Source: an uncultured bacterium
GTDB taxonomy: Bacteria; Chloroflexota; UBA5177; JANWHV01
DNA: 64,000 bases
Assembly: GCA_963827235.1 (NCBI GenBank)
Contig: CAWHAE010000009.1
Span: 384,001-448,000, forward strand
Reading direction: 5' to 3'
Shown: piece after piece, positions 56,261 to 64,000 of the stretch
Numbering within the stretch: position 1 is the stretch's first letter
Layout of the letters: each line of letters starts with the position of its first letter
Program-made: the position numbers and the translations under genes
Notes under the pieces: model-generated
Databases searched by the model: none
What the model was told of the DNA's origin: nothing
What the model saw: only the letters and a program-made list of their open reading frames with translations

Positions 56261-56709
56261 CAATTCGCGCGACGCGGTGGCGCTTTCCTGCCGCAGACGC
56301 GCCTTACCCGTGGCGTCGGCAGCGTTTCGGCCCGCTGCCGGTGCCGCATCTCGTGGCGCGCAGGCGTCTTCTGCCTGCCTGCCGCCCCCTTCCCCGCTGC
56401 GGAGGGCCGGTCGCCTCGCACTCGTCCTGCGTGCCGGTCAGGCCCTCCGCCCCGATGCCTCTCTCGGGGCGGGACGGGTACCGCCTTCCCGATTGCCCTT
56501 CTCTTGCGGCAGGACGGCCCCGCGCTATCGTCATGGGCGGCGCCAGACTGCCCTGCCGCCCCCTTTCGCTTTCACCCCTGGGTCGCATGGCCCCCCTCCC
56601 CGCCGTGTGCGTCGGATGCTCTGCGATTCAGCTTCTGCGGCGGGCCTCTGTCGCCCCCCTTCCCACGAGGTGCCACACGGGCCTGCCGCCCCTATCCAAT
56701 GAGGCGACA

Positions 56710-57006
56710 ATGCGCGACGATGCACTGCTCAGCACCGCGCTTGCGATGGCGGTACCGCTAGCCCTGGCAGACTTGCGGCAGCGGGGCGGACCACGCGAAG
56801 GTGACTGGGCACAGGCGCGGGCCTTCGGTGAACGGCTGGCCTGTCACGGCGACGCGCCGCTGTTCCGCACCGATTCGGCAGCGGCACGGCAGGAAGGACG
56901 CGACACCGCCAGCATGTTCAACGGGCTCGTGCGTGCCCTGGCGGTACTGGCGTACTGTCCGGGAGGGGTGACGTTCCAGGGATTGCACTGGGAGGCAACA
57001 GACTAG
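56710..57006 (+). CDS. Small phage-type hypothetical protein
   Basis: GAGG RBS; LAMAVPLALADLRQRGGP..HGD..FNGLVRALAVLAYCPGGVTFQGLHW resembles a small prophage protein family (from memory, unverified). Confidence 0.55.
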   Translation: MRDDALLSTALAMAVPLALADLRQRGGPREGDWAQARAFGERLACHGDAPLFRTDSAAARQEGRDTASMFNGLVRALAVLAYCPGGVTFQGLHWEATD

Positions 57007-57870
57007 CGCGCGATTGAAGCGGGAGCGGGGCCCAGGTCTGAAGCTGGGTACGCTGCCTGGAAGGACGGGGAGGCAGTGACATTCGTAGCGAGGACTGCCG
57101 AACTGTCCATCGGCCCCTGTCCCCCTTTGCCGGTTGCGGAGTGGGCGGGGGCCTCTTCACGCTTCCACCGCTGTATCCTCCAGGGGGAAGGACGTCCGCG
57201 CCTTCGCGACGGCGGAGCGGGTGCGTGGTACCACCGTTCTGTCACGAGAAAGGACGACACACGGACGTGCCGCCCAGTGATGGCCCCCTCGCGCCGGCTC
57301 TGTCGGGGTTCGCAGCGTGAGGGGGCCGTTCCGCGCCTGTCCCCGCGCCCTGCCGGTCTCATCCGTATGCTCAAACTGCGGCATGGGATGGGAACGGTAC
57401 CGAACTCTACAGTACCAGAGGCAGCGGAGCATTGGTGCTCCCCGCGCCGTCGCCTTCCCCGGCAGACGATGACGGGTAGGGGTGTACTGTGTGCTGCTGA
57501 CTGTTCGACAGTGCCTAACGTTTGCTGCTGCTGCGAGTAGCGCCGTTGTGTGCGCTCCATCGCTGGCGCCGTCGTGGTAGCGCCGTGCACGGTCGTATGT
57601 GTGTGCCTGCCGTGCGGCGATGACCGCAGTGCAGATCGGCAGCAGTACCTACGCTGCGGTGTTCATTGGATTCGCTGCGTGCTCATGGCGCGTCGCATGG
57701 CGGGGCGCGGAATGCGGGCGTCGTGCTGGCAGGATGCGATAGCCATGTCCTGCGCTCCCGTGCGCCAGACGCGAACGTCGAGAGCCGTAGGGTGCGCTGG
57801 CAAGGGGTGCCGTGCTGGTGCCGTGCTGGACAGATATAGTAAGTCACGCGTCACAGGGTATAGTTCGCTG

Positions 57871-58202
57871 TATATTCCCCCGATCAGCGCGCGAACCCGT
57901 CGGACATAAACTCGGGCGGCCGGGCCCTCGAAGGCATCGTGCGCCCCTATGCTCTGGCCACGGCCGGCACGCCGCTCTCCATGCACTTCGATCTGGCCAC
58001 GCGCACGTTCGAGCTCAGATTCCGGGCAGACCCCGCGGTGCCCGCTCCGACGGAGATCTTCGTGCCACGGCTCCAGTACGCTGGCGGCTACAGCGTGACC
58101 CTCTCGGAAGGCCGCTACGAGCGGGCCGACGAGCGCCAGGTGCTGATCGTGCACGGACCCGGCGACGAGCGCGAGGTCACGCTGCGTATCGCGCCGTCAT
58201 AG
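57871..58202 (+). pseudogene. GH5 endoglycoceramidase-like gene, 3' part
   Basis: YSPDQRANPSDINSGGRALEGIVRPYALATAGTP..PTEIFVPRLQY, the expected continuation and C-terminal beta domain. Confidence 0.88.
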
Positions 58203-58335
58203 GCGTGGCCACCTCTGGCCAGACGCCCACATCCGGCGCTACCAGCGCCGGGCAACCGATCCCTGTTTCTCGCCCACGACTGCGGGCCAAAGCGCGTTGG
58301 TTCACTGGCTTACATCGGCCGGCGCGGACGGGAGA

Positions 58336-59166
58336 TCAGCGCAGGCCCGAGCGGATGAATGCATCCATCACCTGCCGGCGCAAGAGCAGGTAGATCGCCA
58401 ATACGGGCAGGGAAGCCAGGCTTGCTGCCGCCATCAACGGCCCCCACAGCGTGCCTTGCTCCGACATGAACATCTGCAGTCCCACCTGGACTACCGTCTG
58501 ATCCATCTGGCTGGTGGCAATCAAGGGCCAGAAGTATTCGTTCCAGGACGAGATGAACAGCAGGATGCCGATCGTCGCCAGCCCCGAGCGGATGTTGGGC
58601 ACCACGATCAGCCACAAAATGCTCCAGCTCGAGGTGCCATCCAGCCGCGCCGCTTCGATCAGTTCGAGCGGGATCGACTTCATCTGCAGGCGCAGCAGGA
58701 TCACGGCGAAGGCCGCCGTGAGCTGCGGCACCACGAGGCCGGGTAGCGCGTTGAGCCAGCCCAGCCGCGATACCAGCACGTAGTTCGGGATCATCGTGAC
58801 CTGGATCGGAACGAGCCAGGTGCCGACCAGGAGAAGCAGCAGCACGCGCTCGCCGAAGAAGCGCCAGCGCGCGAAGGCATATGCGGCCGGCAGCGCGATC
58901 AGAATCTGGCCGATCGCTACCAGCACGGACATGGCAAACGTGTTCCAGAGCTGGTGGACCAGTGGAGAGTTGTCCCAGACGAACCGGTAGTTGTCCAGCG
59001 TCAATCCCGAGGGCACCAGCAGGTCGGAGAAGATATCGTTCGCCGGTTTCAGCCCGGTGACGAACATCCAGTAGATGGGAAGCAGGCTCACCACCGAGCC
59101 GGCGATCAGCGCGGCGTGGTGCAGAGCGTGGGGTACGAGCCCGCGCGATGGATGCGCTGAGAGCAT
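58336..59166 (-). CDS. ABC transporter permease (UgpE-like)
   Basis: AAYAFAR, IPLELIEAARLDG and SWNEYFWPL motifs. Confidence 0.92.
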   Translation of the reverse strand: MLSAHPSRGLVPHALHHAALIAGSVVSLLPIYWMFVTGLKPANDIFSDLLVPSGLTLDNYRFVWDNSPLVHQLWNTFAMSVLVAIGQILIALPAAYAFARWRFFGERVLLLLLVGTWLVPIQVTMIPNYVLVSRLGWLNALPGLVVPQLTAAFAVILLRLQMKSIPLELIEAARLDGTSSWSILWLIVVPNIRSGLATIGILLFISSWNEYFWPLIATSQMDQTVVQVGLQMFMSEQGTLWGPLMAAASLASLPVLAIYLLLRRQVMDAFIRSGLR

Positions 59167-59180
59167 GGGCCTATTACTCC

Positions 59181-60146
59181 TCAGGAGTCGTAGAAGGAGA
59201 ACCGCTCGGCCAGCCACATGAAGACCAGCGCGATGACGCCAAAGGCGACGAAGAAGAGCAGCGACGCGGCCGCGCTGTAGCCGATACTGAAGTTCTGGAA
59301 TCCGATCTGCCAGAGCAGGTAGTAGGCGTTAGTGGTGGAGAAGAGGGGACCACCCTGGGTCAGATTGTTGATCAGGGGGAACGTCCACTGGGCCGAGAGC
59401 AGAATGCTCATCATAAGCATGAATAGGATCGTGGGCAGCATCAGCGGCAGCGTGACCCAGCGCGTGGCGGCGAGCCTGTCCGCCCCATCCACTGCGGCCG
59501 CTTCGAAGTAGGTGCGGTCGAGGTTGGTCACTCCCGCCGAGAAGATCAGCAGGCTGAAACCGAATAGCTTCCAGCCGGTAATCACCACGATCGCCCACAG
59601 CGCGGTCGCGGTGTTCCCCAGCCAGTCGATCGGCGACATGCGGAGCGCCCAGTGCAGGGCAAGGTTGGCGACGCCCGTGGTGGGATCCAGCATCCAGCCC
59701 CAGATGATCGACACGACGATCGGCGCCATCAGCAGGGGAGTGAACAGCGCCGTGCGATAGACGTCGCGCCACCGCCCCCGCACCTCGTCCACGAAGAGAG
59801 CGATGATGAGCGGAAGGATCACTGAGAAGGGCAGCAACCCGACGATATAGAGCAGCGTATTGACCAGCGCCTGCTGCATGCCCGGCACGTTGAGCAGGTC
59901 CTGATAGTTTGAAAATCCTACCGGTATCTTCGGGCTCGTAGGCAGGAGATTCCATTGGTAGAAGCTGAGATCCACGGTCTCTGCCAGGGGCCAGTATATC
60001 CAGATACCCACGGCCAGGCATGCCGGCAGCAGGTAGAGATACGGCTCCAGCCTGCCAAGCTTGAGACGCTTGATAGCAGGCCGGATGCCGGTGTGCGCGG
60101 GTGCTGCCAGCGTCACGTGCATCTTTCGCCTGGCCATCGCGTCCAT
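59181..60146 (-). CDS. ABC transporter permease (UgpA-like)
   Basis: VGFSNY, YFEAAAVDGA and TQGGP motifs. Confidence 0.92.
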   Translation of the reverse strand: MDAMARRKMHVTLAAPAHTGIRPAIKRLKLGRLEPYLYLLPACLAVGIWIYWPLAETVDLSFYQWNLLPTSPKIPVGFSNYQDLLNVPGMQQALVNTLLYIVGLLPFSVILPLIIALFVDEVRGRWRDVYRTALFTPLLMAPIVVSIIWGWMLDPTTGVANLALHWALRMSPIDWLGNTATALWAIVVITGWKLFGFSLLIFSAGVTNLDRTYFEAAAVDGADRLAATRWVTLPLMLPTILFMLMMSILLSAQWTFPLINNLTQGGPLFSTTNAYYLLWQIGFQNFSIGYSAAASLLFFVAFGVIALVFMWLAERFSFYDS

Positions 60147-60217
60147 GTACTCTCCTCTGCGCGACTGCATGGCGGCGACGTTCCTGTCGCCGCCATGCAA
60201 GCTCGGCGCCGTAGTCC

Positions 60218-60955
60218 CTATGCCGCTTCTTCGGTAAGTGCCTCGCGCAGGCTGTCCAGCATCGTGGCCGGCACGCCCACCGCCGTCAGGTAGTCTCGCG
60301 GTCCACCGTAGCGGTCGTGCAGGTAAGCCCAGGTCTCGATCAACATCTCCTCGTCACACGACAGGAGCGGCTGCATCGCTTCCCAGTCCTGACCGGAAGC
60401 GGCCACTCGCGCGCGAAGGTCCTCATAGAAGCCCTCAGCCAGGTAGCGCCCGGTCAGGGCGTAGTCGCCAGCAATGGCCTCGGCCGGCACTCCCGCCAGG
60501 CCGAGCAGCAGGGCGATGATCACGCCGGTACGGTCCTTCCCGGCTGTGCAGTGAATCACCGCCGGAAAGGTATCGGGCTCGCTCAGGATAGAGACGATGC
60601 GCTTGATCTCCGTCTGGGAGCCATCCAGGATGGAGCGATAGAGATCGACCAGGGACGTGGGACGCCCGTTCCCTGTCGAGTCCGAGATCAAAGAGATCGG
60701 GTAATAGCGCACGCCGGCGGCCTCGGCCAGGGCGTAGGATTCGCCGAGGCGCTCCTCGGGCCGGCGCAGGTCGATGATCGTGCGCAAGCCGGAGCCGGTC
60801 AGGGCCTGCACGCCATCCTCGGTCAGCTTGTGCAGGCTATCGCCGCGCAGGAGCATGCCCCAGCGCGTGACCCGCCCATCCTCGGTGGCATAGCCGCCGA
60901 CGTCACGTAGATTGAAGACGCCCGGAAAGCTGAGCCTGCGTGTTGGTGCTATCAT
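60218..60955 (-). CDS. Tyrosine/phosphoinositide phosphatase (Y_phosphatase3, LipA/MptpB-like)
   Basis: NLRDVGGY, IIDLR and HCTAGKDRTG P-loop. Confidence 0.9.
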   Translation of the reverse strand: MIAPTRRLSFPGVFNLRDVGGYATEDGRVTRWGMLLRGDSLHKLTEDGVQALTGSGLRTIIDLRRPEERLGESYALAEAAGVRYYPISLISDSTGNGRPTSLVDLYRSILDGSQTEIKRIVSILSEPDTFPAVIHCTAGKDRTGVIIALLLGLAGVPAEAIAGDYALTGRYLAEGFYEDLRARVAASGQDWEAMQPLLSCDEEMLIETWAYLHDRYGGPRDYLTAVGVPATMLDSLREALTEEAA

Positions 60956-60971
60956 GTCGCTCACCGTGGCA

Positions 60972-62312
60972 CTACTTCGGCATGAAGGCCGAGGCTTGTT
61001 GTTGGGCCGACTGCAGCGTCTTCGTGGCATCCGCACCGTGGTAGACCACCTGCTCTACTGCCTGCATCATGATCGTGACCACCTCGTGGTAGTTCGGACC
61101 GGGGAACGACACCCAGGGCTGCAGCGCGGCCAGCTGTGCCAGGTTCGGCTGCACCATGGGATGGGCCTGAGCCCAGCCCTTGAGATACTGGGAGTCGTTC
61201 ACGATGCTGGGCCGCAGCGGCAGGTAGCCGATCTTGCTGGTGATGATCGTGTAGCCACGCGCGCTGGTCAGGAATTGGATGAGCTCCCACGCCGCGCGCT
61301 CCTGTACCGGGTCGTGGCTGAGCACGAAGAGGGCGCTGCCCGAGTTGGTCGGCACCACGGGGTGCCCGCTGAAGGCCGGCTCACGCGCCGCGCGCAGGTC
61401 CCACTTGCCTTGCGATTCGGCCAGGAACATGGACTGCACCGCGCTGGTCTCCAGCAGCATGCCCATGTTGCCCGAGCCGAAATCGGTGAAATCCTCGTTC
61501 TCGGTCAGGGGAGCGCTGGCCCCGCTCTGCACCAGGTCCTGCCACATCTGGGCGGCGGAGACGGCCGCCGGCTCGGCGAACGTGAGCTTGGTACGGTCCG
61601 GCGAAAGCACGCGGCCGCCCGCGCTCAGCACCAGCGATTGGTAACACCAGTCGAACTGGCCGAGGCAATCGATGGAGGCTCCCACCTTGCCCGTCTTCTG
61701 CTTGATCCGCAGGGCATCCGCCTTGACCTGCGCCCAGGTAGTGGGCGGCTGATTCGGGTCCAGGCCGGCGGTCTGGAACAGCGAGGCGTTGTAGAAGAGC
61801 ACCGGCGTGCTAAACGTATAGGGCGCGCCGTACACCTGGCCGTCGAGGGCCGCGAGCTTGAGGGCCACCGGACTGAACGGGTACTTGCCGCCTGCCCAGG
61901 ATGCCATGTCTGCCGGGGAAGCGATGTCGTTGAGAGGCACCGCGTTGAGATTATGCACGATGAAGTCCAGATCCGAGAAGGTGAGCTGAGCCACGTCGGG
62001 CGGACTGCCTGCCACCACCTCGGCCTGCACCTTGGCCACAATCGCCGTCGACACCAGCGGCTCACCGACCACGTGGATGTTGGGGTGTAGCTGCTCGAAC
62101 TCCTGGATGAGCTGCTCGGTGCCGGCTTTGCCCACGCCGGCGCTCGCCAGATTGTAGTCCGCGAAGCGAATGGTCACTTGCTTGTTCGCCGGGATCGGGG
62201 CCGGGTAGGATGGCGCAGCGCCGGTCGCACCGGGTGCCGCCGCCGCCACACAGGCAGCAATGGACAACACGCCGAAACCACGCAGAAGTAATGGGGAGCT
62301 TCGTCGTTGCAT
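60972..62312 (-). CDS. ABC transporter substrate-binding protein (UgpB-like)
   Basis: Signal peptide; FEQLHPNI, STPVLFYN..AGLDP..PPTTW, AAWELIQFLTS and GYLP motifs. Confidence 0.9.
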   Translation of the reverse strand: MQRRSSPLLLRGFGVLSIAACVAAAAPGATGAAPSYPAPIPANKQVTIRFADYNLASAGVGKAGTEQLIQEFEQLHPNIHVVGEPLVSTAIVAKVQAEVVAGSPPDVAQLTFSDLDFIVHNLNAVPLNDIASPADMASWAGGKYPFSPVALKLAALDGQVYGAPYTFSTPVLFYNASLFQTAGLDPNQPPTTWAQVKADALRIKQKTGKVGASIDCLGQFDWCYQSLVLSAGGRVLSPDRTKLTFAEPAAVSAAQMWQDLVQSGASAPLTENEDFTDFGSGNMGMLLETSAVQSMFLAESQGKWDLRAAREPAFSGHPVVPTNSGSALFVLSHDPVQERAAWELIQFLTSARGYTIITSKIGYLPLRPSIVNDSQYLKGWAQAHPMVQPNLAQLAALQPWVSFPGPNYHEVVTIMMQAVEQVVYHGADATKTLQSAQQQASAFMPK

Positions 62313-62430
62313 GATCAGTCTTGTCCTCTCACCATAGGGCCGTCCGCCATCAAAGTGTTTTGTGCAGGCCGGCGTTGCCGCCGGAATCTCATGCCGGCGT
62401 GGCTTGCCTGCCCGGATGCCGGGATGCCGC

Positions 62431-63291
62431 TCAGGCAGCTGGTGCTGCTTGGGAGTTCATTCGCTCTATCAGCTCGCCGAGCTGCTGCACGGAGATGCGG
62501 CCGATCTCCTCCTGCCTGCCGGGCAGAATCGTCGAAGTCACCTCCGGCACCCGATCACGAATAGTCACCACGTTGAAGCCGCAGCCGGCCTGCATGACGA
62601 GCGCGTCGGCCGACCAGGGATCCAGGAGGTGGGCGGTGCCGGGGGCCGCAACTACGGGTATGCCGTTCAGCGCCGAGGAGAGGGGGAAATGGATGTGCCC
62701 GGCCAGGATAGCGACCACGTCTTTGCCGGCCAGCGTCGCGCCCAGCTCGGCATCGTTGCGCACCATCAAGAACGGCAGAATGTGCACCTTGTGCGAGACC
62801 GGCGGGTGGTGGACCACGACCACAGTGCCCTCCGGTGCCGGCTGAGACAGCTCAGATTCAAGCCAGGCCATCTGCGCGGCGTCTATCTCGCCCTCGGGCG
62901 AGTCGGGCAGATAGGAGTCGAGCATGATCACGCGCAGGCCGCCAAGCATGCGGCTGTAGTAGTAGGGCTGGGCAGCCTGCCCATTGTCCAGGCCAAGATA
63001 GACCGAGTTGAAGGTCTTGCGGTTATCGTGGTTGCCGATGCCAAGCAGGACCTGTACGCCGTCTGCCGTCAGCTCGTCGACCAGGGCGCGCAGCCGCTCG
63101 TAGCTCTGCGGCTCGCCGTGGTTGGAGAGGTCGCCGCTGAACACCAGCGGGCAGTTGGGCAGGAGGTTGGCGCCAAAAGCGCGGTCCAGGCAGACGCGCA
63201 GGTTCGCCATCGTATCCTGCCCCATGTAGCGCTCATCTGCCGTGGCAGCAATGTGGAGATCTGACATGTGTACGAGAGTGGTCGTTCCCAT
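62431..63291 (-). CDS. Calcineurin-like metallophosphoesterase (CpdA/GpdQ-like phosphodiesterase)
   Basis: SDLH, GDL, GNHD, HHPP and GHIH motifs; AAGGAG RBS. Confidence 0.9.
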   Translation of the reverse strand: MGTTTLVHMSDLHIAATADERYMGQDTMANLRVCLDRAFGANLLPNCPLVFSGDLSNHGEPQSYERLRALVDELTADGVQVLLGIGNHDNRKTFNSVYLGLDNGQAAQPYYYSRMLGGLRVIMLDSYLPDSPEGEIDAAQMAWLESELSQPAPEGTVVVVHHPPVSHKVHILPFLMVRNDAELGATLAGKDVVAILAGHIHFPLSSALNGIPVVAAPGTAHLLDPWSADALVMQAGCGFNVVTIRDRVPEVTSTILPGRQEEIGRISVQQLGELIERMNSQAAPAA

Positions 63292-63376
63292 CTGCTGCTC
63301 CTTTGCCGGCGATTCGTGCCAGCCGGCTGTGCTATGCTTCATGTAAGCGTTCACAAGCTGGGTCCGTGCACCACCA

Positions 63377-63430
63377 AGTATAGAGACCCACCCGAGTAGC
63401 TGGGTTAAGACGGCGTTAAAACCACGTTAA
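63377..63430 (-). promoter_or_regulatory. Pho-box-like triple direct repeat (TTAAC, 11-bp period) with -10 TATACT
   Basis: GTTAA at 63404, 63415 and 63426; minus-strand TATACT at 63382-63377. Confidence 0.65.
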
Positions 63431-63491
63431 TTGTGGCGACGGCGGTCGAGCCCACATGAGGCGAGCGACGACGGCGCCGGGGAGGCTCTCG

Positions 63492-64000
63492 GTGAGCGGA
63501 GCGGCGGAATTCGTGCTGGGCATCAACCCCGTGGTCGACTGGACAGGCCCGGAATACGAGGCGTCCGTCGGCGCATTGGTGGCCTATCTCAAGAACAAGC
63601 TGGGCCGGTCGGTCCGACTCGGCGTCGAATCCGACTACGCGACACAGAATCGCCATGATGCGTGCCGGCGCCGTCGATGCCACCTTCTTCGGTGCCTACG
63701 CCTTCTATCGCGCGAAGGAAGAGGCGGGCGCCGTCGCCCTGGTAGCGCGTGTTCAGAAGGGGTCCAATACGCCGGGAAGCTACCAGAGCGTCGTGCTTGT
63801 GCGCGCAGATACCGCTCTGCGATCGCTTCAGGATCTGCGCGGCCTGGAGCTCGGCTTCGTCGATCCGAACTCGACCGCCGGGTACCTGATCCCTCTGCGC
63901 ATGCTGCGCGAGGCAGGGCTCGGCGCCGACGACATCACCTACCGCTTTTTCAATACCCATCAGGCGGTCCTCGAGGCCGTGCAGTCGGGTGAGGTAGCGG
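63492..64000 (+). CDS. phnD: PhnD-like phosphate/phosphite/phosphonate-binding protein (frameshift near 63648; runs off window)
   Basis: LVAYLKNKLGRSV..SDY, then a shifted frame MRAGAVD..YQSVVLVR..SLQDLRG..FVDPNSTAGYLIP..THQAVLEAV. Confidence 0.75.

Larger units (their letters stand above)
46970..57873. mobile_element. ~10.9-kb serine-integrase element (prophage remnant or satellite-like) inserted in the GH5 gene
   Basis: Gene split in frame with shared core TAT at both junctions; integrase starts about 35-50 bp inside the left end; phage-like ORFs inside. Confidence 0.85.

Overview
High-GC bacterial chromosomal window. The gene repertoire (Uma2, DUF4058, DUF6062 and DUF6295-like genes) suggests a soil Chloroflexota-like organism, which is inference only. 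It is mostly carbohydrate, peptide and phosphate scavenging genes: M42 peptidase, phospholipase C-like protein, GH32, a GalU-like plus GHMP-kinase/UDP-sugar-pyrophosphorylase pair, a GH36/FrlB-like/PfkB/SDR ABC cluster, TetR-MFS, tyrosine phenol-lyase, an mhq-like operon and a phosphoester ABC operon preceded by a Pho-box-like repeat. Two structural signals stand out. (1) An intact comM/yifB gene (12142-13659) is followed downstream by two near-identical internal comM fragments (11572-11824, 5457-~6015) that are interleaved or fused with cargo (Uma2 and HigA remnants, a secreted protein, the sugar-nucleotide operon). This looks like a comM-repeat cassette array. (2) A 10,901-bp element with a large serine integrase is inserted exactly into a GH5 endoglycoceramidase-like gene at a shared TAT core (46970-46972 / 57871-57873), and excision would restore the reading frame. 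It carries an RHH gene, possible tail-chaperone-like ORFs and a tape-measure-like gene, but no recognisable capsid, portal or terminase. Its sequence is heavily frameshifted and partly looks like low-quality read sequence, so its gene content is uncertain. All calls are by eye, with no database searches.
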